This document shows positions 38,782 to 49,453 of a DNA stretch of 64,000 nt, one piece after another. The notes under the pieces are model-generated. The model saw only the letters and a list, made by a program, of their open reading frames with translations. It had not been told where the DNA came from and did not search any database. The stretch is from Thermoanaerobaculia bacterium. GTDB taxonomy: Bacteria; Acidobacteriota; Thermoanaerobaculia; UBA5066. Location of the stretch: positions 1,664,001-1,728,000 of the forward strand of contig CAVRAY010000001.1 of NCBI GenBank assembly GCA_963719225.1, read 5' to 3'. How positions within the stretch are numbered: the stretch's first letter is position 1; each line of letters starts with the position of its first letter. Both the position numbers and the translations under genes were made by a program.

Positions 38782-40584
38782 ATGACGCCACGGACGCTCG
38801 TCGACATTTTTCGGAATCTCGCGGACACGCCGAAACCCGATCTGCTCCTTTCGAAGCAGGGCGGAAAGTGGATCCCTATCGGCACCGCCGAGTTCATGGA
38901 CCGCGTCAAGGCACTTTCGTCGGCTCTGGAAGGGCTCGGTGTGAAGCAGGGTGGTCGGGTGGCGCTTCTCTCCGAAAACCGTCCCGAGTGGCCGATCGTG
39001 GATTTCGCCTGCCAGTGTTACGGCGCCGTTCTCGTGCCGATCTTTCCCACGATGGTCGCCGAGCAGGCGGCCTATCTCCTCAAGGACTCGGGGGCGACCG
39101 TCGCGTTCGCGTCGACACCCGACCAGGCGGCGAAGATCCTCGGCGCGCAAATGACGTCTCCCGAGGTCAAGCAGACGCTGAAGCACGTGATCGTCTTCGA
39201 GCCCTCGTCGCAGCCCGGCACGACCCCGTACGCGACCGTCGTCGAGGCGGGCCGTGCCGCGTACGCCGCCGACCCGTCCGCGTTCGATAAGCGCGCCGAC
39301 GCGCGCCAGCCCTCCGACCTGGCGACGCTCATCTACACCTCGGGCACGACGGGCGAGCCGAAGGGCGCGATGCTCACGCAGAGCAACTTCGTCTCGAACG
39401 TCGTCGCGGGCTGCTCGATCCTGCCGTTCGACTCCACGGCCGTGGGCCTGTCGTTCCTGCCCCTCTCGCACGTCTTCGAGCGGATGCTCGAGTACTGCTT
39501 CTACCATCGCGCCGCGACGATCGCGTACGCCGAGTCGATCGACAAGCTGCGCGACAACCTCTCCGAGGTCAACCCGCACGTCTTCGGCGCGGTCCCTCGC
39601 GTCTACGAGAAGGTCTACGGACGCGTGCAGGAGAACCTTTCGAAGTCCTCGCCCGGCAAGAGGAAGCTCTTCGAGAAGGCGATCGAGGTCGGAAAGCAGG
39701 TCACGGAGCTGCGCACGAAGAAAAAAACGCCGGGATTCTCGCTCGCGCTCCAGCATTTCATCTTCGATCGGCTCGTCTACCGCAAGGTGCGCGCGGCGCT
39801 CGGCTCGCGGTTCCGGTTCGCCGTCTCCGGGGGGGCGCCGCTCGCCAGAGAGCTGGCGGAGTTCTTCTGGGCCGTCGGCGTCGAGGTTTACGAGGGCTAC
39901 GGGCTCACGGAGACGAGCCCGGTCATCGCCGTCGCCTGCCCGTCCGCGTGGAGACTCGGTACCGTCGGGAAGATCCTGCCGGGAGTCGAGTGCCGCATCG
40001 CGCCGGACGGGGAGATCCTGACACGCGGCCCGCACATCATGAAGGGATACTTCAACAAGCCGAAGGAGACGGCCGAGGCGATCGACGCGGAGGGCTGGTT
40101 TCACACGGGCGACATCGGCCGGATCGACGAGGACGGCTTCCTGATGATCACGGACCGCAAGAAGGAGATCCTCGTCAACTCGAACGGCAAGAACATCGCG
40201 CCGGCGCCGATCGAGGGATTTCTCAAGGGCCATCCCTTCGTCTCGCTCCCGGTCCTCATCGGCGACCGGCGGAAATACCTGTCGTGCCTGCTCATCCCGA
40301 ACTTCGACAAGCTCGCGGGCTGGGCGAAGGAAAACGGGCTCGGCAGCGTCTCGATGGAAGACCTCGTCAAGGAGCCGCGGGTCGTCGCGATCTTCCAGAG
40401 CGCGATCGACGAGTGGAACGCGGGCAAGCCCCACGAGATGCTCATCAACCGCTTCGCGATCCTTCCCCGCGACCTCACGATCGAGAGCGGCGAGCTGACG
40501 CCGACGCTCAAGGTGAAACGCCGGATCATCGATCAGCACTTCAAGCATCTGATCGACGGGATGTACGAGGGAACGGCCGCCTGA
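38782..40584 (+). CDS. fadD: Long-chain fatty-acid-CoA ligase
   Basis: YTSGTTGEPKG, EGYGLTE, WFHTGDIG, ELTPTLK. Confidence 0.92.
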   Translation: MTPRTLVDIFRNLADTPKPDLLLSKQGGKWIPIGTAEFMDRVKALSSALEGLGVKQGGRVALLSENRPEWPIVDFACQCYGAVLVPIFPTMVAEQAAYLLKDSGATVAFASTPDQAAKILGAQMTSPEVKQTLKHVIVFEPSSQPGTTPYATVVEAGRAAYAADPSAFDKRADARQPSDLATLIYTSGTTGEPKGAMLTQSNFVSNVVAGCSILPFDSTAVGLSFLPLSHVFERMLEYCFYHRAATIAYAESIDKLRDNLSEVNPHVFGAVPRVYEKVYGRVQENLSKSSPGKRKLFEKAIEVGKQVTELRTKKKTPGFSLALQHFIFDRLVYRKVRAALGSRFRFAVSGGAPLARELAEFFWAVGVEVYEGYGLTETSPVIAVACPSAWRLGTVGKILPGVECRIAPDGEILTRGPHIMKGYFNKPKETAEAIDAEGWFHTGDIGRIDEDGFLMITDRKKEILVNSNGKNIAPAPIEGFLKGHPFVSLPVLIGDRRKYLSCLLIPNFDKLAGWAKENGLGSVSMEDLVKEPRVVAIFQSAIDEWNAGKPHEMLINRFAILPRDLTIESGELTPTLKVKRRIIDQHFKHLIDGMYEGTAA

Positions 40585-40613
40585 GCCCCGGCTGAAGGGG
40601 AGAGCGGGAACGA

Positions 40614-41576
40614 ATGCGCGTCGTCGTGGCTCTCGGGGGAAATGCCCTGCTCCGCAGGGGCGAAGCCATGACGGTGGAGCGTCAGCGCGCGAACGTGCGC
40701 CGGGCCGCCGAGGCGCTGGCGCCGGTCGCCCGGGAGCACGAGCTCGTCATTTCTCATGGAAACGGCCCGCAGGTGGGACTCCTCGCCCTGCAGGCCGAAG
40801 CGGGGAACGACGCGGCGCGCCTTCCGCTGGACGTCCTCGGCGCCCAGACCGAAGGGATGATCGGTTACATGATCGAGCAGGAGCTCGGGAACCTCATGCC
40901 GTTCGAGGTCCCCTTCGCGACGCTTCTGACGATGGTGGAGGTCGATCCCGCCGATCCCGCCTTCGCGAGGCCGGACAAGCCGATCGGCCCGGTCTACATG
41001 GAAGGAGAGGCGCAAAGGCTCGCCAAGGAGCGCGGCTGGACCGTGGCGCGCGACGGCGACGGGTGGCGTCGCGTCGTCGCGTCGCCTCTGCCGAAGAGAA
41101 TCTTCGAGATTCGTCCCGTGAAGTGGCTTCTCGAAAAAGGCACGATCGTGACGTGCGGCGGAGGAGGCGGGATCCCGACGTTCTATGGCGAGGACGGGAA
41201 GCTGCACGGCGTCGAAGCCGTGATCGACAAGGACCGTGCGGCGGCGCTTCTCGCGCAGCAGCTCGAGGCGGACTTCTTCATCATGGCGACGGACGTCCCG
41301 GCGGTCATCGTCGGGTGGGGGACGCCCGACGCGCGGGCCGTGCGCCGGGCCTCGCCTGCGGCGCTCTCCCGCTTCGACTTTGCCTCCGGCTCGATGGGCC
41401 CGAAGGTCGGGGCGGCGAGGGACTTCGCCGAGCGGACCGGCAACACCGCGGCCATCGGCGCGCTCGAGGACATTCCGCGCATCCTCGGCGGCGAGGCGGG
41501 AACGCTCGTCTCGAACGACGTCGCCACGATCGAGTGGGCGCCCACGCAGGGCACGCTCGCCCTCTTCCAGGAATGA
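40614..41576 (+). CDS. arcC: Carbamate kinase
   Basis: [34 protein letters not shown]. Confidence 0.95.
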   Translation: MRVVVALGGNALLRRGEAMTVERQRANVRRAAEALAPVAREHELVISHGNGPQVGLLALQAEAGNDAARLPLDVLGAQTEGMIGYMIEQELGNLMPFEVPFATLLTMVEVDPADPAFARPDKPIGPVYMEGEAQRLAKERGWTVARDGDGWRRVVASPLPKRIFEIRPVKWLLEKGTIVTCGGGGGIPTFYGEDGKLHGVEAVIDKDRAAALLAQQLEADFFIMATDVPAVIVGWGTPDARAVRRASPAALSRFDFASGSMGPKVGAARDFAERTGNTAAIGALEDIPRILGGEAGTLVSNDVATIEWAPTQGTLALFQE

Positions 41577-41589
41577 CGGTGCGCCCGGT

Positions 41590-43938
41590 TCAGCCTTCCC
41601 ACCGCCAGTTCTTCACTTCAGGCAGATCGTCTCCGGCGCGGCGGACCCATTCTTGGTGTTCCGCTCGCTTTGCGACGAGTCGCTCGCGCAGCGCGGCTGC
41701 TCGGTCGATGAGACCCGGGACGCGGTCGATGACGTCCATCGCGAGCCGGAACCGGTCCAAATCGTTCAGGACGCACATGTCGAAGGGCGTCGTCGTCGTG
41801 CCCTCCTCCTTGTAGCCGCGCACGTGCAGGTTGTCGTGGTTCCGGCGCCGGTAGGTGAGCTCGTGAATCAGCGACGGGTAGCCGTGGAACGCGAAGAGGA
41901 TCGGGCGGTCCGTCGTGAAGAGGCGGTCGAACTCCGCGTCGGAGAGGCCGTGCGGGTGCTCGGACGGGGGCTGGAGGCGCATGAGGTCGACGACGTTCAC
42001 GAACCGGACGCGAAGGTCGGGCAGCTCGCGCCGGAGGATCGACACGGCGGCGAGCGCTTCGAGCGTGGGAACGTCGCCTGCGGCGGCCACGACGACGTCC
42101 GGGGCGCCGTCGTGGCTCGCCCATTCCCACACGCCGATGCCCGCCGCGGCGTGCCGGGACGCGGCTTCCATGTCCAGCCACTGGGGGGCGGGCTGCTTGC
42201 CTGCGACGACGACGTTGACGTAATGGCGGCTTCGAAGGCAGTGGTCGGTCACGGAGAGGAGCGTGTTCGCATCCGCGGGAAGGTAGATGCGGATCACCTC
42301 TGCCTTCTTGTTCGCGACGTGGTCGAGGAAGCCCGGGTCCTGGTGCGAGAACCCGTTGTGGTCCTGGCGCCAGACGTGCGACGACAGGAGGATGTTGAGC
42401 GAGGCGATCGGCTTCCGCCACGGAATCCGGCGCGTCGACTTCAGCCATTTCGCGTGCTGATTGAACATCGCGTCGACGATGTGGATGAACGCCTCGTAGC
42501 AGGCGAAGAAGCCGTGCCGGCCCGTGAGGAGATAGCCCTCGAGCCAGCCTTCGCACTGGTGCTCGGAGAGCATCTCGAGGACGCGCCCGTCGGCCGAGAG
42601 GTTCTCGTCGGTCGGCAGGATTTCGGCGACGGACATCCGGTCCGTGACCTGGAAAACGTCTCCCCAGCGGTTGGACTCCGCCTCGTCCGGGGAGAAGAGC
42701 CGGAAATTCTGCGCTGCGGCATTGCGCTCGAGGGTGTCCCGCAGGAAGCGGCCCATGACACGTGTCGCCTCGGCGTCCACGCCGCCGGGTTTCGCGACCG
42801 CGACGGCGTACGAACGGAAGTCGGGCAGGTCGAGATCCCGAAGCAGGATTCCGCCGTTCGCGTGCGGGTTCGCCCCCATCCGCCTTTCCCCCTTCGGTGC
42901 GAGCGCGCGTAACTCCGGCCGCAGGCGGCCGGTCTCGTCGAAGAGCTCCCCGGGCCGGTAACTCCGCATCCAGTCCTCGAGGAGGCGCAGGTGCTCGGGG
43001 TTCTCGCGGATCTTGTCGAGAGGCACCTGGTGCGCCCGCCACGTGCCCTCGACGGGCTTGCCGTCCACCACCTTCGGGCCCGTCCACCCTTTCGGCGAGA
43101 CGAGGACGATCACCGGCCAGCGCGGCCGCCCGGCCTTCCCCGACGCGCGCGCACGCGTCTGGACGTCCCGGATGACGTCGAGCGCCCGGTCGAGGGTGTC
43201 TGCCATCAGCCGATGCATCGTCCGCGGGTCGCTGCCTTCGACGAAGAGGGGGTCCCAACCGCAGCCACGCAGGAGGTCGGCGAGCTCGTCGCGGGGGATG
43301 CGCGCGAGGACCGTCGCGCTCGCGATCTTGTAGCCGTTCAAATGGAGCACGGGGAGAACCGCGCCGTCGCGCACCGGGTTCAGGAACTTGTTCGAGTGCC
43401 AGCTCGTCGCCAGCGGTCCGGTCTCCGCCTCGCCGTCTCCGACGACGCAAGCGACGAGAAGGCCGGGGTTGTCGAACGCAGCGCCGAACGCGTGCGAAAG
43501 CGAGTATCCGAGCTCGCCGCCCTCGTGGATGGAGCCGGGCGTTTCCGGGGCGACGTGGCTCGGCACGCCGCCGGGGAAGGAGAACTGCTTGAAGAGGCGG
43601 CGCATCCCCTCCTCGTCCTCGGAGACGTGCGGGTAGACCTCGCTGTACGTGCCCTCGAGGTACGTGTTCGCGACGAGCGCGGGCCCGCCGTGGCCCGGGC
43701 CTGCGATGTAAACGACCGACAGGTCGCGCTCGACGATCGCGCGGTTGAGGTGGGCATAGATGAAGTTCAGGCCCGGCGTCGTGCCCCAATGCCCGAGAAG
43801 CCGCGGCTTGACGTGCTCGAGGACGAGCGAGGACTTCAGGAGCGGATTGTCCATGAGGTAGATCTGGCCGACGGAGAGGTAGTTCGCGGCGCGCCAGTAA
43901 GCGTCCATCCTCGAGAGGAGGTCCTCGGGTGGGCTCAT
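41590..43938 (-). CDS. xfp: Xylulose-5-P/fructose-6-P phosphoketolase
   Basis: [45 protein letters not shown]. Confidence 0.96.
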   Translation of the reverse strand: MSPPEDLLSRMDAYWRAANYLSVGQIYLMDNPLLKSSLVLEHVKPRLLGHWGTTPGLNFIYAHLNRAIVERDLSVVYIAGPGHGGPALVANTYLEGTYSEVYPHVSEDEEGMRRLFKQFSFPGGVPSHVAPETPGSIHEGGELGYSLSHAFGAAFDNPGLLVACVVGDGEAETGPLATSWHSNKFLNPVRDGAVLPVLHLNGYKIASATVLARIPRDELADLLRGCGWDPLFVEGSDPRTMHRLMADTLDRALDVIRDVQTRARASGKAGRPRWPVIVLVSPKGWTGPKVVDGKPVEGTWRAHQVPLDKIRENPEHLRLLEDWMRSYRPGELFDETGRLRPELRALAPKGERRMGANPHANGGILLRDLDLPDFRSYAVAVAKPGGVDAEATRVMGRFLRDTLERNAAAQNFRLFSPDEAESNRWGDVFQVTDRMSVAEILPTDENLSADGRVLEMLSEHQCEGWLEGYLLTGRHGFFACYEAFIHIVDAMFNQHAKWLKSTRRIPWRKPIASLNILLSSHVWRQDHNGFSHQDPGFLDHVANKKAEVIRIYLPADANTLLSVTDHCLRSRHYVNVVVAGKQPAPQWLDMEAASRHAAAGIGVWEWASHDGAPDVVVAAAGDVPTLEALAAVSILRRELPDLRVRFVNVVDLMRLQPPSEHPHGLSDAEFDRLFTTDRPILFAFHGYPSLIHELTYRRRNHDNLHVRGYKEEGTTTTPFDMCVLNDLDRFRLAMDVIDRVPGLIDRAAALRERLVAKRAEHQEWVRRAGDDLPEVKNWRWEG

Positions 43939-45038
43939 TTGCCGGGTGTCCTGTCGCGAACGACGGCGAGCGTGTGGTTGGCGATGACGTGCTCCTCGTC
44001 CGTTGGAATGACGAACGTCTTGACGCGCGCTCCCGGCGCGCCGATTCGAAGGTCGTTTCGGCGATTCGCCTCCCCGTCGACGCTCACGCCGAGGAATGAG
44101 AGGCCGTCCGCGATACGCCGTCGCGTCTCCGGCTGATTCTCGCCGATCCCTGCGGTGAAGACGAGACCGTCCAGGCCTCCGAGGGCGGCTGCCATGGCCG
44201 CAACCTGCTTGACGGCGGTGTAGACGAAGACGTCGGCGGCGAGCCGGGCGGAGGGCGTTCCGGCGGCGAGGATTTCGCGCAGGTCGCCGCTCGCCTCTGA
44301 AAGCGCGAGCAGGCCCGACTCCTTCCAGAGTAGGCGTTCGATCCGTTCCCTGTCCCAGCCCTGGCCGAGGAGCCAGAGGACGACGCCGGCGTCGAGGGAA
44401 CCCGGGCGCGTCGACATGACGAGTCCGTCGAGCGCCGTGAACGTCATCGTGGAGTCCACGCTCTTCCCGTTTCGGAGGGCGCAGAGGCTCGCACCATTGC
44501 CGAGGTGGGCGACGACGACGCGTCCCTCGGCGACCTCTGGATCCAGCTGCGCAAGGCGGGCCGCGACGTACTCGTACGACAGGCCGTGGAAGCCGTAGCG
44601 GCGGACGCCGGCCTCGCGGAGCGCCCGGGGCAGGGCCACGGCATCGGCGACTTCCGGGTGGCCGCGATGGAACGAGGTGTCGAAGCAGGCCACGTGAAGG
44701 GCGGAGGGAAAGCGGGTGCGCGCGGCGCGCAGCGCGGCGAGGCTCCGGGGCTGGTGAACCGGATCGAGAGGGACGAGACGTTCGAGAGCCGCGAGAACCC
44801 GATCGTCGATGGGTGTCGGCTCGAGAAAATCCGCCCCGCCGTGGACGACCCGGTGGCCGACGGCGGAGGGGCCCTGGCCGTCGAGATGACCCTCTAGTAT
44901 TTTCGCGACCGGATCGATCGAGTTGCCGTCGGCGCCACCCCGGACGAGGGCGGTCAGCGTGCCGTCGCTCTCGGCCCGATACACGGCGTACTTCAGGGTG
45001 GACGAACCGGCGTTGAGGACGAAGAGCGGGGAGGGCAC
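43935..45038 (-). CDS. ackA: Acetate/propionate kinase
   Basis: [31 protein letters not shown]. Confidence 0.95.
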   Translation of the reverse strand: MPSPLFVLNAGSSTLKYAVYRAESDGTLTALVRGGADGNSIDPVAKILEGHLDGQGPSAVGHRVVHGGADFLEPTPIDDRVLAALERLVPLDPVHQPRSLAALRAARTRFPSALHVACFDTSFHRGHPEVADAVALPRALREAGVRRYGFHGLSYEYVAARLAQLDPEVAEGRVVVAHLGNGASLCALRNGKSVDSTMTFTALDGLVMSTRPGSLDAGVVLWLLGQGWDRERIERLLWKESGLLALSEASGDLREILAAGTPSARLAADVFVYTAVKQVAAMAAALGGLDGLVFTAGIGENQPETRRRIADGLSFLGVSVDGEANRRNDLRIGAPGARVKTFVIPTDEEHVIANHTLAVVRDRTPGK

Positions 45039-45091
45039 CCTTCGGATTATGGGGCGCTTGACTCTCTGCCGCGGCGCGCCTACGCTACTGA

Positions 45092-45916
45092 GTGATGGCT
45101 CACTCAGCGGGCCGTGACGCGCTCCCCGAGCCGGCCCTCGCGGCCGGGGGGGAGGAGCGTTCTCCCGCCGGGGCGGATCCCGAAAAGCGCCGGCGCATCC
45201 TGGACGCCGCCGTCCGGACGTTCGGCCGGCGGGGATTCCACGAGGCCCGAATCGCGGAGATCGCGGCCGCGGCGAAGGTGGCCGAGGGCACCGTCTACCT
45301 CTATTTCCGCAACAAGGAGGACCTCCTCGGCGTCGTCTTCGACGAGTCGATGGACGAGGTCCTCGAGAAGGGGCGCGCGCTCGCGCGCACGAAAGGTCCG
45401 GCCGGAGAGCGGCTCACGGCGCTCGTGGACCTCCATCTCCAGTTCATCGGATCGGACCGCGATCTCGCGTCCGTTTTCCAGATCGAGCTGAGGCGGAGCG
45501 CGCGGCTCGTCGAACGCTTCTCGCGCAGCAAGCTCGTCGAGTATTTCCGCCTCCTCGGCGACGTCCTGCGCGACGGCATCGCGCGCGGCGAGTTCCGCAA
45601 GGATCTCGATCCGCGCCTCGCCGTCAGGATCCTCTTTGGCGCCGCGGACGAAATCCTCTCGGAGTGGCTGCTGTCGGGGGAGAAGAAGCCGATCGCGGAT
45701 GCACGTCAACTGGTGGGAACGCTTTTAGACGGGTTTGCTGATGAAGATTCTTTGAAAAGGAAGACTTCAGCGGGCGAGGCCCGGGCGCGCCGAAAAACGC
45801 AGCAGCTTCCCGGCGCGCACCCTCGAAATTCACCCTTCAAAGCACGCGCCGAAGGCGCGAACAGCGGCACGCGAAACGACAACATCGCCCTCAGGCGCAG
45901 GAGCAAACCCCAGTGA
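45092..45916 (+). CDS. TetR family regulator (FadR/YsiA-like) with C-terminal extension
   Basis: ILDAAVRTFGRRGF...VAEGTVYLYFRNKEDL; heads the beta-oxidation operon. Confidence 0.9.
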   Translation: MMAHSAGRDALPEPALAAGGEERSPAGADPEKRRRILDAAVRTFGRRGFHEARIAEIAAAAKVAEGTVYLYFRNKEDLLGVVFDESMDEVLEKGRALARTKGPAGERLTALVDLHLQFIGSDRDLASVFQIELRRSARLVERFSRSKLVEYFRLLGDVLRDGIARGEFRKDLDPRLAVRILFGAADEILSEWLLSGEKKPIADARQLVGTLLDGFADEDSLKRKTSAGEARARRKTQQLPGAHPRNSPFKARAEGANSGTRNDNIALRRRSKPQ

Positions 45917-47169
45917 GCAAAACCGCATACGTCGTTCACGGAGCCCGGACGCCCTACGCGCGCGCCGGCACCGACTTCGCTGGCGTGTCGGCCGTCGACC
46001 TCGGCCGCACGGCCGCCGTCGAGGCGATGGCCCGCGCGGACGTCGAGCCCGCCGCGATCGACCAGGTCATCTTCGGCAACATCGCGACGCCCGTCGATGC
46101 CGCGAACATCGCGCGCATCATCGCGCTCCGCGCGGGGGTGCCGAAGGAGAAGCCGGCGCACTCGGTCTCGCGCAACTGCGCCTCCGGCATCGAGTCCGTC
46201 GTCGAGGCCGCGCGCCTCATCGCGACGGGCGAGGCGGAAGTCCTCCTCGCGGGCGGCGTCGAGAACATGACGCAGATACCGTTCCTCTACCGCGAGGGCG
46301 TCAAGGAAGTCTTCACGAAAGCCGGCATGTCGAAGACGGCGGGCGAAAAGGTGTCGGCGCTCTCGAAGATGCCCTGGAAGGACCTCTTCAACCCCGTGAT
46401 CGGCCTCAAGCAGGGCCTGACGGACCCCGTGTGCGACCTCGGCATGGGGGACACCGCCGAGATCCTCGCGAAGGAGGGGCACATCACGCGCGAGGCGCAG
46501 GACGCCTTCGCGCTGCGCTCGCACCACCGCGCCACGGCGGGACGTGCGCGCCTGGCCGAGGAGATCGTGCCGGTACCGGTCCCGCCGGACTACGACCGCG
46601 TCCTCACGATCGACAACGGCGTGCGCGAGAACCAGACGATGGAGGCTCTCGCGAAGCTGAAGCCCTTCTTCGACCGGAAGTTCGGAACGGTCACGGCGGG
46701 CAACTCGTCCCAGATCACGGACGGCGGCGCGGCCGTCGTCGTCGCCTCCGAGGAATACGTGACGAAGCATGGGTTGAAGCCTCTCGGCCGGATCACCGGC
46801 TGGGGCTTCGCGGGCCTCGAGCCCGAGCGCATGGGTCTCGGGCCGTCGCGCTCGACGCCGATCGCGCTGAAGCGGGCCGGCCTCTCGATGAAGGACGTCG
46901 GCCTCGTCGAGATCAACGAGGCGTTCGCCGCGCAGGTCCTCGCGAATCTCGACGCGTTCGCGAAGTCTCCCGAGCTCGGAGAGATCGCGGACGAGAACCT
47001 CAACGTGAACGGCGGCGCGATCGCACTCGGTCACCCGGTCGGAAGCTCGGGCACGCGCCTCATCCTGACGCTCCTGCTCGAGATGCGCCGCCGCAAGGTC
47101 GCGCACGGCCTCGCGACGCTCTGCGTCGGGGGCGGGCAGGGCGCGTCGATCCTCCTGGAGGCGGTCTGA
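45913..47169 (+). CDS. fadI: Acetyl-CoA C-acyltransferase (thiolase)
   Basis: RNCASG, NEAFA, GHPVG, CVGGG. Confidence 0.9.
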   Translation: MSKTAYVVHGARTPYARAGTDFAGVSAVDLGRTAAVEAMARADVEPAAIDQVIFGNIATPVDAANIARIIALRAGVPKEKPAHSVSRNCASGIESVVEAARLIATGEAEVLLAGGVENMTQIPFLYREGVKEVFTKAGMSKTAGEKVSALSKMPWKDLFNPVIGLKQGLTDPVCDLGMGDTAEILAKEGHITREAQDAFALRSHHRATAGRARLAEEIVPVPVPPDYDRVLTIDNGVRENQTMEALAKLKPFFDRKFGTVTAGNSSQITDGGAAVVVASEEYVTKHGLKPLGRITGWGFAGLEPERMGLGPSRSTPIALKRAGLSMKDVGLVEINEAFAAQVLANLDAFAKSPELGEIADENLNVNGGAIALGHPVGSSGTRLILTLLLEMRRRKVAHGLATLCVGGGQGASILLEAV

Positions 47170-49388
47170 TGTCCACGCTCGTCGACGAATCGATTCCTGC
47201 CACGGCACCGGCCGGCTCGCTTTCGCCCTTTCGGCTCTCGGTCGAGCCGGACGGCCTCGCGCTTCTCGTCTTCGACACGCCCGGCGAAAAGGTGAACAAG
47301 TTCTCGACGGCGGTGATGAGGGAATTCGAGCGCGTGATCGACGGCCTCGCGGCGCGCACCGACGTGAGGGCGCTCCTCCTTCTCTCGGCGAAGCCGGGGA
47401 TCTTCATCGCCGGCGCGGACGTGAACGAGATCGCGAAGGCCGACCAGAACGCGGACCCGGAGATGATCCGGGGCGGCCACCGGACGTTCAACAAGCTCGC
47501 GAACCTGCCGTATCCCACGGTCGCCGCGATCAGCGGCGCCTGCGTGGGCGGCGGCTGCGAGACGGCTCTTTCGATGGACTGGCGGCTCGCGTCCGACTCG
47601 CCGAAGACCCAGATCGGCCTTCCGGAGGTCAAACTGGGCATCCTGCCGGCGTGGGGCGGCACGACGCGCCTTCCGCGCATGATCGGCCTCGCGAACGCCA
47701 TCGACGTCATTCTCGGGGGGAAGGTCCTCGACGCGAAGCGGGCGAAGAAAATCGGCCTCGTGGATGAGGTCGTCCCGGAGGCGATCCTCGAGGAGTGGGC
47801 GAAGTCGTTCGCGCGCGGGAAGTTTGGGAGCCGGAAACGCTCGAACGCGGGCGCGGGCGGCGCTCCGGCGCGCGTGCGCGAGCCGAAGCTGACGGAGAAG
47901 CTCCTCGAGGGGCCGGGCAAGGGCCTCGTCTTCTCGAAGGCGCGCCAGGCGGTCCTGAAGGAGACGAAGGGCCATTATCCGGCGCCGCTCACGGCGCTCG
48001 GCGTCGTCGAGAAGGGGTTCGGCGAAGACTTCACGAAGGCGCTCGAGCTCGAGGTCGAAGGGGTCGGATCGCTCATCGGCACGCCGGTCATGCGCAGTCT
48101 CATGGGCCTTTTCTTCCGGATGGAAGAGGTCAAGAAGGAGACGGGCGTCGAGGCTCTCGGGGCGCCGGGGGCCGGCGTCAAGCCGCGGAAGATCGTGCGC
48201 GTGGGCGTCCTCGGCGCCGGCGTCATGGGAGGCGGCATCGCCCAGCTCGCGGCCGACAAGGGCTATCCGACGCGCATGAAGGACATCAAGGCCGATGCGC
48301 TGGCGCTGGGATTCGCGCAGGCGGCGCGCATCTGGAAGGAGCAGCTCAAGAAGCGCCGCATGACCCGCGCCGATTTCGCGAGGAAGATGGCGTTCCTCAG
48401 CGGGTCGCTCGAGTACGCGGGCTTCGAGGGCTGCGACATCACGATCGAGGCGGTCCTCGAGAAAATGACCGTCAAGCAGGCGGTCCTCGCGGACTGGGAG
48501 CGCGTCGCACCGGCGAACGCGATTTTCGCCTCCAACACCTCGACTCTTCCGATCACCGAGATCGCGTCGAAGGCGGCGCACCCCGAGCGCGTCGTGGGAA
48601 TGCACTTCTTCAATCCGGTGAACAAGATGCCTCTCGTCGAGGTCATCTACGGCGCGAAGACCGACCCCGAGGTGACGGCGACGATCTTCGACCTCGCGAA
48701 GAAGCTGGGGAAGACGCCGGTCGTCGTGAAGGACTCGCCCGGCTTCCTCGTGAACCGCATCCTCAGCCCCTACATCGGCGAATCGGTGCGTCTCCTCGTC
48801 GAAGGCAACTCCATGGAGTCCGTCGACAAGGCGATGCGGACCTTCGGGATGCCGGTCGGACCGATCGAGCTCCTCGACGACGTCGGAATCGACGTCGCGG
48901 CGAAAGCCGGCGGGACCATGGCGGCCGCGTTCCCGGAGCGCATGCCCGCGGACCCGGCACTCGAGAAGCTCGTCGAAGCCGGGCGGCTCGGGCGGAAGGC
49001 GAAGAAGGGATTTTATTTCTACGAAAGGGAAAGAAGGGGTGGCCCGGACCCGAACGCGTATCGCGATCTCGGCCTCTCAACACCTTCTAAGAATCTGAAT
49101 CTTTCTTCTTCCGTGATCCAGGAGCGTCTCGTCCTTCCCATGATCAACGAAGCCGCGTTCTGCCTGTCCGAGGGCATCGTCGCGAGCCCCGCGAAGCTCG
49201 ACTTGGCGATGATCTTCGGCACGGGCTTCCCGCCCTTCCGCGGTGGCCTGTGCGCATACGCGGACTCGCTGGGCGCCAGGGCGGTCGTCGAGGGCCTCGA
49301 GAAGCTCGCGAGGGTAAAGGGCGAACGCTTCAGCCCGGCCCCGCGCCTCGTCGACATGGCAAGACAAGGGAAGAGGTTCTTCGAATGA
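47169..49388 (+). CDS. fadJ: Fatty-acid oxidation complex alpha subunit (hydratase/3-hydroxyacyl-CoA dehydrogenase)
   Basis: FIAGAD, GGGCE, GAGVMGGG, GMHFFNPV, GFPPFRGG. Confidence 0.9.
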   Translation: MSTLVDESIPATAPAGSLSPFRLSVEPDGLALLVFDTPGEKVNKFSTAVMREFERVIDGLAARTDVRALLLLSAKPGIFIAGADVNEIAKADQNADPEMIRGGHRTFNKLANLPYPTVAAISGACVGGGCETALSMDWRLASDSPKTQIGLPEVKLGILPAWGGTTRLPRMIGLANAIDVILGGKVLDAKRAKKIGLVDEVVPEAILEEWAKSFARGKFGSRKRSNAGAGGAPARVREPKLTEKLLEGPGKGLVFSKARQAVLKETKGHYPAPLTALGVVEKGFGEDFTKALELEVEGVGSLIGTPVMRSLMGLFFRMEEVKKETGVEALGAPGAGVKPRKIVRVGVLGAGVMGGGIAQLAADKGYPTRMKDIKADALALGFAQAARIWKEQLKKRRMTRADFARKMAFLSGSLEYAGFEGCDITIEAVLEKMTVKQAVLADWERVAPANAIFASNTSTLPITEIASKAAHPERVVGMHFFNPVNKMPLVEVIYGAKTDPEVTATIFDLAKKLGKTPVVVKDSPGFLVNRILSPYIGESVRLLVEGNSMESVDKAMRTFGMPVGPIELLDDVGIDVAAKAGGTMAAAFPERMPADPALEKLVEAGRLGRKAKKGFYFYERERRGGPDPNAYRDLGLSTPSKNLNLSSSVIQERLVLPMINEAAFCLSEGIVASPAKLDLAMIFGTGFPPFRGGLCAYADSLGARAVVEGLEKLARVKGERFSPAPRLVDMARQGKRFFE

Positions 49389-49453
49389 GGGAGACCGGGG
49401 TTTTCTTCTATTCACTTTCTAAGAAATTCTGATTTGTGCTGAGGGGAGCCGTC

